Shown: positions 14,527-27,360, counted from the first letter of the stretch. The stretch is DNA of 64,000 nucleotides from Chrysomallon squamiferum (GCA_012295275.1 CM022679.1:29512001-29576000), one strand, 5' to 3'. The notes: generated from the letters alone by a model not told the origin. Numbers and translations: made by a program.

Positions 14527-17500
14527 TATTATTATTATTATTATTATTATTATCTAGATCTGTTCACAGTAGCTCTGAGATGTTCTCGAATAACGTAAAA
14601 ACGGTTTCGATTCAACCGCGATACTCATAATTTGTATTGAATATATGCAAGCATGCAGAAGTATAACACTAGATCCTTGATTTGTTTTATATATCCTACA
14701 GCTAAAACAACTTCGTTGAACCGAAAAATCAATGAACTATTTGGCCCCTCTTTTAAAAATAATGCTTTGGTACAATGCCAAGGAATAAGTGCGCATGCGC
14801 AAAGTTCGTACGCGTTTTTCCGTAGAATGACGGGTACACGAAACCAGTTTGCCGCGGAAACCAAACTAAGGGAGGTAACTCTTTATTTTAATGGTATAAA
14901 CAAGGAAAGAAAGGGCCTGCGTGGGGCATTTAATAAAACAGGAAAATCTTCCCTCAAGGATGTTGAAAATAAATTATTAAAGTCTTTAAGTTGCTTGTGC
15001 TTTAGGAACCTGACAGAAAGAAATATCTGGGAACATCTGGTAAGTTTTGTATTATCATTTTGACCCAGATAAACAGGTAGATGACAAAATAAATAAATAA
15101 ATAAATAAAATAATAAATTGGCGATGAATATTAATAGACACATGTGTTCACTCATACTCACACACACACGCACATTCACGTGATGTTTTGCTGGTGTCAT
15201 TTGCTTCACTGAATGATCAACACATCGGTAGACTGAATTACTGGTTTGTTTTTCTGGTTCATTAGTTGTCTCTTCAGTCTACTTGTTGGTTGAAGAACTG
15301 ATAAAGTTTCTTTTTCGTTTCAGATCTTTCAAATGCTTTAAACACTTGTGCACATTTGACAAGCAGTTCTGCTTTTTAGAACAAAAACTTTGTCGGGATT
15401 GTGAAGATTTTAGGCGCCTCTGTGGAAAACGAAAACAGCCGCAGAACTGTTCAGTCTACTGTGGCAGTAAGTTCTTTCTTTCGTGTCTTCATTTTACCTT
15501 ACAACGTTGATTTTTTTGTGTATGTATGTTTTTTCGTTTGCTGTATAAATAATCTGAACTGTTCTGACCTTAATGAAATAAAGTGAATGATTGTCTAGCC
15601 GAATTCAACTAAATGAAATAAGTCATCTGAAAAAAGTGACTGACTAAACAGAACGAATAATAATACTACTACTACGACTACTGCTGCTACTGCTACTATT
15701 ACTACTTTTATTAGTACTATTATTACTACTACTACTGTTGCTATTACTACAATTATATTAATATTTAAATATAACTGCTGTTTATTATTATTATTATTGT
15801 TAAAAATATATTTCTATTTTCTAGAATTCTTGACTCAACAAACGTTGGTTTCCTGCAGAGCTAACTGTTCAGGTGTGTACTTTAGAATTCTTGACAAGCA
15901 CGATTCAGTGAAACGTTTATTTTATTTTTATTTATTTTCACAGTAAAACGTTGAAACCATTTCTACCACTGCTGTTTTTCTAACCATTACATTGTTTGTT
16001 CCTTATTTTACTTTAAATCTTCATAAACCTCCACCCCTTCATTTATCCTAAATCAATTGATTGTTTTTTTATTTCAAATAACAGAAACTACAACAACAAT
16101 AATAATGACAACAATAACAAGAATAATATAATACAGATAATGATGATAATGACGACTACATTGATGAAGATGATGATGATTGATGATGATTATGACGAAA
16201 AGCTGGATATGATGATGAATGGATGAATGATTGAATGAATGAATGTATGTATAAATAATAAATAAATGTATAAAAAGAACATGACGAGGTTTCTGTTAAT
16301 TCTTTGAATAATTATAATTTAAAAAATCAACAATAACATTAATGAAAACACGATCAGTGACATCAGAATAAAAATACGAATGAATGAATGAGAAAGGACC
16401 ATGACACACGCATTATCATTAATTTCATAACTGTGTTCTTTAAACAGGTATCTGTCTGTCTGTCTGTCTGTCTGTCTATCAATCTCTATCATGTATCTGT
16501 CTGTAAGTGTCTACTTTTTATCTACTTTTTATTTATTTACTTATATATAAATTTATTTACAGTGCTCTTTTGACTTATTATTATTATTGTTGTTGTTGTT
16601 GTTATTGTTATTTATAATTTTAATTACTGTCAGTTAATCACATAATATATATATATATATTTATTTGATTTATATATAAATTAATTTATTAATTTAGTTA
16701 CAGATATTTGTGGATTTTCTTCTTTCAAATATTAAATAAAAATAATAAAAAAACAAAAATAAAACATCATTAAAATAATAATTAAATTACTTGTTTGTGT
16801 TCTCTAACGTATCTAAAACAGAAATTTTGATTTATTCTCACTGAACATCTCAAATATTTTCAACTTTCATAGGCACTGGCATAGGCACTGGCATAGGCAC
16901 TGGTATAGCCATTGGCGTAGTCATAATGATAGCCGTGCCATTTTTCATTTTTCTTCTGTGCTACATCTTTGTGAGGAAATTCCGAAATAAGTTGAGAAAC
17001 CTCACTGACAGGACTTCAAATGCAGAACAAAACCGCGAAGAAACAATTCCCCTTCAAAGTAAGTAAATGTGTATCATTGTATTTAATGTTATCATTTGTT
17101 TATTTATTTGTTTCTTTGTTTGCTAGTTTGACTGATTGTTTGATAAATTATTTAGCTATTTTATTTTATTAGTTGTTTATTTGTTTATTTATTTGTTTAT
17201 TTTTTCTTTCTTTCTCTTCTTCTTCTTCTTCTTCTTATTATTATTTAAATAAAATTAATACTATCCAAAGTTTGTATTTGAAGAAAGTTTTAGTTGTGTG
17301 TACTTATTTTATCTCACTTCTGTGAGAGATATACTGATATTGAGTATTCACTAGTATGTGTATATTGTTTCTATATAAAGCAGTCACGCACAAACATACA
17401 CAAATAAATACACACACACACAATTTCCCAACATATTACACACAAAAAAGTAACGCTTTATTACTTCCATATTAATTATGTCTACATTTATGTTTTTTCA

Positions 17501-17866
17501 TTCGTTCGTGTGTACGAAGGTGTATCTGAACACACACTCATCAAAAAACGCATGCAGAAACATACAAAAAAAAAAAAAAAAACTAATAAAAAAAAAAATG
17601 AAACTTACGTACTTAATACTGGAGTGAAAATGCAATATTTATTTATTTTATTTATTCATGTCTGAAAAAAAAAAAAAAAAAAATTAAAAATTAATTACAA
17701 TTTTACAGTGCATGAACCAAACATAAGCATTGAGAAAAATGTGAATCCCAAACGTGTAATCTGTGATGAAGACCTTTGTGAAGAAGATCAAAACCTACAA
17801 CGAAACGAACCGTCGAATCTTTCTGTCCGTAGGAGCAATACTGTTAATGTTGTTGTAAATGCATAA
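14011..17866 (+). CDS. Receptor array copy 3, stalkless with basic CRD, 202 aa
   Basis: In-phase exons totalling 609 nt. 14011-14084 MTLVFVILLCFSIVPGLG; 15324-15466 CFKHLCTFDKQFCFLEQKLCRDCEDFRRLCGKRKQPQNCSVYC; 15825-15872; 16873-17058 GTGIGTGIGTGIAIGVVIMIAVPFFIFLLCYIFV then RKFR; 17709-17866 tail and TAA. Confidence 0.8.
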
Positions 17867-19270
17867 GTGTACGTACGTCTGTCTTCTGTGCAGTCATAAT
17901 TTTACTAATGGTTTTAAGCTGATTTATTAGAAATGACATTTACAAAACATTAGAAAAAAGGCAAAAAAAAGAAACACAGGTGAAAAACAGAACACTAATG
18001 AGATTTGGTCACTGCTTACAATCTAAATTATTTAAATCTAACTTTCAGTTTAGTGAACTTTTAAAAATGTTTTAGTTAAAGGCAGCTCTTGATATGTGAT
18101 ATAAGTGGGAGTGCCACGCCCGCCCTCCCCCAAGTATATTGTGATACATGACACAAAGGACATTTTATACATTTTACAGTTTAGAGACTGCAGTTGATCG
18201 TTTTCAGTTCAGTAATTTTAATTTTTTTATAATTATTTATTTTAATTTTAATTTTAATTTTTTTTTTTTTTTTTTTTTTAAATTTTAATTTCTACTTCTT
18301 CTGGTTCACAACAAACCAGCATTTTAAAATTTCACATATAAACGTAACTTGGAGTCTATTATATGTTTTCTGTTTGTATTTTTTCTTTTTCTCCTCATTT
18401 GATTTTTAAATTCATTTTCAATTATCTATTTTAGATTGGTTCATTTTATTTAATTTTATGTTATTTCATTGCATTGTTTAACGCACTGACTGGTATTGGT
18501 ATTGTTGAAATATGATAGTGTTAAACATTGATTTTATTCATTTGTTGTGTGTAGATTTTTTGAATAAAAGTTACAGAATTATGACGTCATTTTGTACTGG
18601 CACCCACTGTTCATTACGTAACGTAACACAGATTGTGGATCTCTTATCCGAGAACGACCGATTTCCGACAAGCTCCGAAAACCTCCGAAAAGCTCCGAAA
18701 CGTTTTGCGAGCAGCAGAAATAGTTGTATCTTACAGGTTATGGACAGTTTTGCATACCCTAACTTTATTTTATGCACAAAATGATAAACTATATATATAT
18801 ATAAATATATATATAAATCCTGCAGACTATTTATATAAGCTTTATATGAATGGAATTAGTATTTAAGCGTAGACCTATCTCTTCGGGCATTTCGGATAAA
18901 GAATACACAACATACACAAAATATTTTATTAATACTAGTTTATTATTTACATCTAACGAACATAATTATAAGGAAACCTCGTTTAAAACCACCGACATGG
19001 CCACGCCCAAAATATAAACTGTTCCACTTAAGTAGAAACTCTTGTTTTTGTGTGTAATATATTCCCTCACAAATACGCTAATTCTAAACAGACTGGCTTT
19101 TGTTGGTATGCGTTTCGCTCTTTGGTTGTGTAAACACAAACAAAAATCACAAAGAATGTTTATTTTTAAAAAGACTATAGCACCATCTTTAGGTGTTTTT
19201 ATTTTTAAAATTGTTATGATGATTATTATTACTATTTAAAATAAATAGCTTAATAAAATAAATTAATAAT

Positions 19271-19301
<31 letters not shown>

Positions 19302-19411
19302 CTAATACTGTGGTCTCGTTGACCTGAAGTTAATTTGTTCGCAACCCATTACACTAACTGGACGCCATTATAGTGACGAAGCCATTTTTGTTAACTGAAA
19401 CGAAACTGACA

Positions 19412-19453
19412 ATGACACTTGTGTTTGTGATAAAACATCTCTTTCGTAACTGA
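19412..19453 (+). pseudogene. Truncated remnant of the copy-3-type first exon
   Basis: Matches 14011-14030 and its upstream flank, then diverges to a TGA at 19451-19453 with no splice donor. Confidence 0.75.
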
Positions 19454-19673
19454 TTATTATAGTCAAGTAGTATGAAGTTAACTCGAGTGCTGTCAACACA
19501 TTCATGCATCCAAAACAAAAGAAAGAAAGAAAAAACGAAGATGTTTTATTTATAAACTTATCTGCTGATGACACCCGTGAAACCCGTAATATCTATTTTT
19601 AAAAACGGGTTTACCACAGTTTAATAATCACAATACAGGAAGACACCCAGAACAAAACTAAACATTTTTAAGA

Positions 19674-20351
19674 ATGAATTCAAAAGTTCTTCTGCTTCTA
19701 AGTTGTCTTACAAGAATTTCAACACTTCCAGCCTTTTTCAACGGAGAAAAAAGGTAGGTGATATTTGTAATCATCTATAAAACTGCTTTTATAATTTATA
19801 AATACTTCCGTATGTCGACTGAATTAACAATATACACAACCCGTTATGATTTACTTAATTATTTGTCTTTTATTTTTCCAAAATTGTTCTTGTTGTTGTT
19901 TTTTTTTTTTTTTTCTTTTTTGTTGTTTTTTCTTATGTTTAATTGAGTTCAGTAATTATTTAATTAGTCGTAAAATTCAAATTCTGGGTTTTTCCAAAGA
20001 CAGTTACTTTACGACTAATTAAATTTATATTTAAATTCTGGGTTTTTCCAAAACAGTGATTTTACGACTAATTAAATATATATTTAAATTCTGGGCTTTT
20101 CCAAAACAGTTACTATCAATAACCTTCAACAGATAACACACACGAAAGAAAGAAATAGGCGGAAGAAGAAAAAAGAAAAAAAGAAACAAAGAAAAAATAA
20201 TAAAATTATAAATAAATAAATAGATAAATGTGAAGACATAATCACGATAATAAATATTAAGATTATACTCACACATGTGTACTCATACACCTTCATACAC
20301 ATACAGGCACACAAGCACAGACACATACACACACACAGAAACATTCAGACA

Positions 20352-20384
<33 letters not shown>

Positions 20385-22240
20385 TAATAGGTCCGAAGGT
20401 GAAATTAGTTATCACTCTCACTGTAAAATATCTGAATAACGGATAAAGTAGATATGTTTCTGGTTTCAGATATTTCAAATGCTTTAAAGACTTGTGCACA
20501 TATGATGAGCAGTTCTGCAACTGGAAAGAACAACGCTGTCAGAACTGTGAAGACTTTTCAGACAACTGCGGAAAACGAGAACAGCCGAACAACTGTTCAG
20601 TGTACTGTGGCAGTAAGTTCTTTCTGAAATAAATCAACTGAAAAAAGTGACTAACTAAACACAACAAATAATATTACTACTACTAGTACTACTATTACTA
20701 TTATTGTATTATTACTACTACTGCAACTGCTGCTGCTGCTCCTTTTTTTTTGTTATTGTTGTTATTATTATTAGTAGTAGTATTATTTCTCAGATTTTAT
20801 TAAAAATATATTTCTATTTTCCAGAATTCTTGATTCAACAAATGTTGACTAAAAAATCAGGTATGTAGTTTAGAATTCTTGACAAGCACGATTTGGTGAA
20901 ACGTTTATTTTATTTTTATTTATTTTCACAGTGAAACGTTGAAACCATTTCTACCACTGCTGTTTTTCTAACCATTACATTGTTTGTTCATTTTTTTACT
21001 TTAAATCTTCATAAACCTCCACCCCTTCATTTATCCGAAATCTTTAAACACATATTTCATCTTAAATTATAAAAACTATTCTATTTTTACTTTTTTCTTA
21101 GAACAAACAACACAGCCAACGACACTGTCAACAACGACTGCAACGACCACAAAAGGTATTTATCTATAATTTTTGTTTGTCCGTCTATTTGTCTGTCTGT
21201 CTGTCTGTATGTATATATGCCCCTGTCTGTCCGTTTGTGTGTCTAACAGCCTGTCTTTCTCTCTTTCTCTCTGTCTATCTGCCCATCTATATATCTTTCT
21301 ATCTAGCTGTGTATCTATGTGTATTTCTCTCTCTCTCTCTATCTATCCAACCATCTGTATCTTTGTCTGTCTATCTATCTATCTATCTAGCTATCTATCT
21401 CTATCTGCCTACCTATCAGTCCGTCTGTCTTTCTGTCTATTTATCTGTCTGACTGTCTGTCTGTCTATCTATCGATCTGTATCTATCTATATGTCTCTTT
21501 TTATCTACTTTTTCTATTATTTAGTTATATATAAATTTATTTACAATGCTCTTTTGACTTATAATTATTTTTATTATTATTACTTTTAATTTTAATTACT
21601 GTCAATTAATCACATAATACTTTTAATTTATATTTTTAATTTATTTATAAATTTACTTACTGATCGTTAAATTAAAAAAAAAAATCAATAAATAATAATT
21701 TATAAAAAAATCCAACACCACAATGATTACCTGTTGTTAAAATGTGATGAAACATCATTAAAATAATAATTAAATTACTTGTTTGTATTCTCTAACGTAC
21801 CTAAAACGAAGACTTTGCTTTAGTTGCCCTGAACATCTCAAATATTTTCACAGAACGCACTGAAGAACGTGTTCCAGATAAAAACCATTTCATAGGCATA
21901 GCCGTAGGGATAGTCTTGACAGTTCCCATTTTTCTTCTGTGCAACATCTTTGTGAGGAAATTCCGAAATAAGTCGAGAAATGTCACTGACAGAACTTCAA
22001 ATGCAGGACAAAAACCCCAAGAAACATTTCCCCTTCAAAGTAAGTAAATGTGTATCATTGTATTAATGTTATCATTTGTTTATTTGTTTGTCTGTTTGTT
22101 TGTTTAATTATTTAATTATTTATTGATTTGTTATTTTATTATAGTTATTTAGTTAGTTATTTTATTTTATTTTATTTGTTTATTTGCTTTGTTATTTGTT
22201 TATTTATTATTTTCTTTCTTTTTTCTTTCTTTCTTTCTTT

Positions 22241-22271
<31 letters not shown>

Positions 22272-22716
22272 TTATTATTATCATCATTATTATTTTTATT
22301 ATTATTTAATTATTTTATTTAAATTTAGTTTTAGTTGTGTGTACTTTTTTAACACACACACACACACACAATTTACCAACACATTAGCACAAAAAAAATA
22401 AATGTAAGATGTATCTTTACATACACGCATCAAAAACACATGGAGAAGGAATAAAAAAGAAGGAAGGAAAAAAATTAAACCTACGTTCTTAATACTAGAG
22501 AGAAAATGCAATACTTATTTATTTTATTTAACTATATTTTAAAAAAATAATTAAAAATTAAATGTTATGTTTATTTAAAATTTTACAGGGAATGAACCGG
22601 ACAACGGCAATGAGGAACACGAACCTGTACAAGAACAAAACATAAATCAAAACAAACCGTGGAAAGGTGTCATCCCGACCAGTGAAGACACTGACTACAA
22701 TCTTGTTGCAGGTTAA
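19674..22716 (+). CDS. Receptor array copy 4, alternative first exon, 208 aa
   Basis: In-phase exons totalling 627 nt. 19674-19753 MNSKVLLLLSCLTRISTLPAFFNGEK with phase-2 donor AG|GTAGGT; 20470-20612 CRD; 20825-20860; 21102-21155 Thr stalk; 21854-22039 TM FIGIAVGIVLTVPIFLLCNIFV; 22589-22716 tail with PVQE and TDYNLV, TAA. Confidence 0.75.
19962..20115. repeat. ~56-bp tandem repeat x3
   Basis: AAATTCTGGG.TTTTCCAAA.CAGT occurs three times. Confidence 0.8.
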
Positions 22717-23077
22717 ATGTATTCAGGGATTCAATACTCTTTTCTATGCAGTGAGACATAACCAGTGTGTAAGAATCTCGTGACATTATTCCTAAAAAGT
22801 ATATATCATAAATCGTTTCCATGATACACATGGCCAGTGAGTAAAGATCTCATTATTTATTTCATTGTCATAATATTTTTTGAATAATAAAAAAAGAAAA
22901 AAAAAGATTTATGACGTCTTTTTGTTATAGTGCTGTCACCCATTGTTCATTACGTAACACAACTCGGAAGTAACGTAAGACCTATTGAGGATCAGTTATC
23001 TGAGAAGCACCGAATTCCGAAAAGCTCCGAAAAGCTCCGAAACTGTTTCTGAGCAACAGAAAATAGTTTTATTAAAC

Positions 23078-23103
23078 CACACACACACACACACTCACAC
23101 ACA

Positions 23104-23170
<67 letters not shown>

Positions 23171-23247
23171 ACACACACACACACACACTCACACACAACA
23201 CTACACACACACACACACACACAACACACACACACACACACACAACT

Positions 23248-23290
<43 letters not shown>

Positions 23291-23365
23291 TGTGTCTGTG
23301 TGTGTGGTGTGTTCAAACACACATTTATACAAATGGTTGTGACACACACACACACATACACACAC
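23078..23365. repeat. Interrupted (CA)n microsatellite
   Basis: Direct inspection. Irregular interruptions may reflect low-quality consensus. Confidence 0.9.
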
Positions 23366-23429
23366 AGTTTGTAATTTTTTCTTATGAGTTTTAAATTCTA
23401 TTTTTTTTGATTGAGTTTAATTGATTTTA

Positions 23430-24070
23430 TTTCGATTTTTGCTTTGAGTTAAACTGCGAGCCAAAAAATCCGAGTTACGAGCGAGCTTCAGATACGATGC
23501 GACGAGCAACACAACATCTGCCCAGAGTCCCGCGTCTCACTTGTTTACTTCACCCGGTTACCTCGCCGCGGAAACATCTCTGTTGTGTTGTGCACGCGTT
23601 TACTCAATACTTTGCCAAATTTCTTTGTTCTGACCATGGATCCTAAGAAAGTGAGTGCAGCAAAGGACAGTGCTGAGAAGAAGAAGCAGATGATGTCCAC
23701 TTATTTAAAGCTTGAATTCATAGAGCAACATGAGCGAGGTGTGCACGTAGTCGACTTGACTAGGCACTATCAGTGTAGTACTTCTACCATTTTGAAGGTG
23801 AAGGAGTCAAAGCCGTTAAAATAATTTTGTCTGACCTCCATGATAAATAGACTTTACAAAACCAATTTATTTCTTTATATTCTGTTTTATTTTGTTTTTA
23901 GGCAATTTTTGTCATTTATAAATACATTTTTCTTATTTAAAAATACGTCACAAAAAACCCCTAAAAAATGGTAGGCTGGAACGGATTAATGGTATTTCAG
24001 TTAATTTCAGTTCGGAAAATTGATTTGATATACGAGCTCGGTCACGGTATGAATTAAACTCGTAAGTCAA
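23430..24070 (+). mobile_element. Second copy of the Tigger/pogo relic, duplicated with the copy-2/4 3' flank
   Basis: Near-identical to 12750-13373. ORF 23585..23824 carries the same MDPKKVSAAK fragment. Confidence 0.8.
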
Positions 24071-25419
24071 TATATATATATCTTGCATTCTATTTATATA
24101 AGCTCTATATGAAATATAAATGAAATTAGATAAAATACACGACATACACAAAATATTTTATTAATAGTAATTTATTATTTACATCTAACGAACATAATTA
24201 TAAGGAAACCTCGTTTAAAACCACCGACATGGCCACGCCCAAAATATAAACTGTTCCACTTAAGTAGAAACTCTTGTTTTTTGTGTGTAATATATTCCCA
24301 CACAAATACGCTAATTCTAAATAAACTGGCTTCTGTTCCTATGCGTTTCGCTCTTTGGTTGTGTAAACAAACACACACACAAAAATAAAAATAAAAAAAA
24401 AAAATAAAAATACAAAGAATATTGCCAGTGTTTGAAGACAGCAATCAATGGCGATTTGTTCTAAATACGCTACAAGCGATCGATATTCTCATTAAGGTAT
24501 TGTCAATGTAGCTTTAGCCAGTGTGGTTCCGCCCTAATGCAGAAACAGAAACATTTATTTGATTGAAAACGAAACGAAATCTTACTGAACTGGTTAATTG
24601 TCAGACATGACCGCACTGCCAGTTTGCGAAACGTTACAAACGTGCACGAAAAATCGTAGAATCGTCTTTCGCTGTTTTACGAGTTTTGAACCACAGTTTC
24701 CTCCCTCCACTTCGTCGTGTAGGAAGATGGAAGTGACTCGATATTCTCTGTTTGTTTGTCTGGCCGTCGATCGATGATAGGGTTTCGATTATTGCTATTG
24801 GTATTTTTCTTTAATCGATTTTTACCGTTTAGGTAAGTGACTTTCTGCTCGGTTCAAAAGCTGCAGTATTCGTGAATGTTTCACTTCTCGTATATTATTC
24901 AACGAAGTCTCGATTTTCAGTTTTCAGTGTGTAAATCAACAAAAAAAAAATATATATGGAATATATATGGGAAATATAACTGGAATTGTCTTTATTAACA
25001 ATTTTAATTTGTCATATAGAAACGACAAAACATTGGCGGATTATATTTTTTTGTAAAGGTTCGTCTTAGGAAAATCAACGAAGTTTTTAAAGCGTTAATT
25101 CTGTTCTAGGATTCTTATGTACGAAATTCAACGATTCGGGGATTTTCTGTTTTCGTTTAACTTCGCCTTTACGAAAATCAACGAAGTTCTTAAATCAAGA
25201 GTGAATAATTCTTATTTCGTAAGATTCTGATTTTTACGAAAATTAACGCAGAACATAAAGACTTTTTTTTTTTCAGACAGAAATGTTTAAACAAATTCAT
25301 TGAAGTTTTTATAATAATTAATACATACAGTTCTTATTCTGTTAAAATAGAAAATGTGAAAATAGTGGAAAATAATTACTAAAAGAATATTATGAAAAGG
25401 TAATTGTTGAAGACTAATT

Positions 25420-26112
25420 AAAACAAACTAGATCTAACTAGATGAAAAACAAACTAGATCTAACTGGATGAAAAACAAACAAGATCTTACTTGAACAAAA
25501 ACTAACTAGATCTAACTAGAAGTAAAACAAACTAGATCTAACTAGAAGAAAAAACAAACTAGATCTAACTAGATCTAACTAGAAGAAAAACAAACAAGGT
25601 CTAACTAGAAGAAAAACAAACAAGATCTAACTAGAAGAAAAACAAACTAGATCTAACTAGAAGAAAAACAAACAAGATCTAACTAGAAGAAAAACAAACT
25701 AGATCTAACTAGAAGAAAAACAAACAAGGTGTAACTAGAAGAAAAACAAACAAGATCTAACTAGAAGAAAAACAAACAAGATCTAACTAGAAGAAAAACA
25801 AACAAGATCTAACTAGAAGACAAAAAACTAACTAGATCTAACTAGAAGAAAACCAAATTGATCAAACTAGAGTAAAAAAAACTAATAACTTAACTGAAAT
25901 AAAAACAAACAAGGTGTAACTATAAAAAAACAAACAAGATCTAACTAGGACAAAACAAACTGGATCTAACTAAAGAAAAACAAACAAGGTGTAACTAGAA
26001 GAAAAAAAAACAAGATCTAACTAGAAGAAAAACAAACAAGATCTAACTAGAAAAAAAACAACAAGAACTAAAGAATAAAAACAAACAAGATCTAACAAGT
26101 CAAACAAGATCT
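25420..26112. repeat. 26-bp minisatellite, ~25 copies
   Basis: Unit AAACAAACTAGATCTAACTAGAAGAA with variants (CAAGATCT, CAAGGTGT). Confidence 0.95.
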
Positions 26113-26735
26113 ATCTGTCTGTTTCTCCATGTTACGGGTATCTGTCCACTATCTGTCTGTCTATCTGTTTGTCTATAATTTCTAAATTAGTTGTCTATCT
26201 GTTTATTTCTTATGTATTTAAAAATATACACAACACAGCAAATATATCTATCGAATTATAATATGTAACAATAATATAATAATAATAAGAACAAACATAT
26301 ATTATTTGAGTAAGTAAGTGTGTGCATGTGTGTGTCTGTCTGTCTGTCTGTAAGTGTATTACAAATGATATTTCTGACTGTACTAGTTACTGATTTAAAT
26401 GCACGTCAGATGTTTAAATCTGACTTTCAGTTTAGTGAACTTAAAACCATTCACAAAACTAACACTGAAGCATTCCAGTGAAATAAAAGTTGACAAGACA
26501 AAGAAACACTATCTATTGTGTTGTTGAATTAACAAAGAAAGCTCTCTGCTTTTCAACTCTTCATTCAGTTTATTGAATTTGAAGCCTGCGATAAAGAAAA
26601 TAAAAAATAAAAAAAAAAAAAAAAAAAAAAAAAAATTAAAAAAATTAAAAAAAAAAACATCAAGCTTGGGATGTCGTGATATTTTTTCATCATCACCCAG
26701 AATTATCTGTTTTGCTAAAAACGTCCTGGCCAGCA

Positions 26736-26770
<35 letters not shown>

Positions 26771-27327
26771 TATAAGTCATAAGAACTTGTTTTTCAAGCT
26801 TAGGCTGGAAACAAAAGAAATCCAGAAACTAATCTGAACTGAGTACTAAGAGAACATTTTCTTAACAGTGTCTTTGCTAAAGCCGATCAGAATTCGTGTT
26901 GACTGATTTAGCTTGTTACAGATACACACAATGTCAGTGTGGCAAAACTGATCAAAATTCCAGTCTAAATCTTCTAATTGCGTAAAAAAAAGTCTTATTG
27001 GTGTGTGGTAATGTTATCCTTTATAAGCGTGATGAAAAATCTTGGGTTAAATTTTTCTTGTGTCCGGTTCATTGAGGTGTAATGACGCTTTAGTTTTTAG
27101 TCCTGAGAAAAGTTAACGGTTAAAACGAGGTTAAGCAGTATCGAGTCAGGACTGTAGGAGATGGTATGTTTGTTTATAAAGCGTCAAATGTTTTTGTTTT
27201 TTTTTGTATCCAAACCTCGATAAGGTATCTGTTACCTCTCAGTGGTGGAAATTCATATTTTAAAAGTTTTAAAAATCTTTATCTCACCTGGACCTTTGTT
27301 GAAGTCGACATTCTCCTTTTATTTTTA

Positions 27328-27360
<33 letters not shown>

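Noticed and set aside
14653-15063. 136-aa ORF and overlapping antisense ORFs
   Set aside because: No recognisable domain and no splice phase linking it to the receptor model; treated as non-coding.
25420-26112. 26-bp repeats as CRISPR or coding repeat
   Set aside because: No spacers, no cas genes and no ORF; an ordinary minisatellite.
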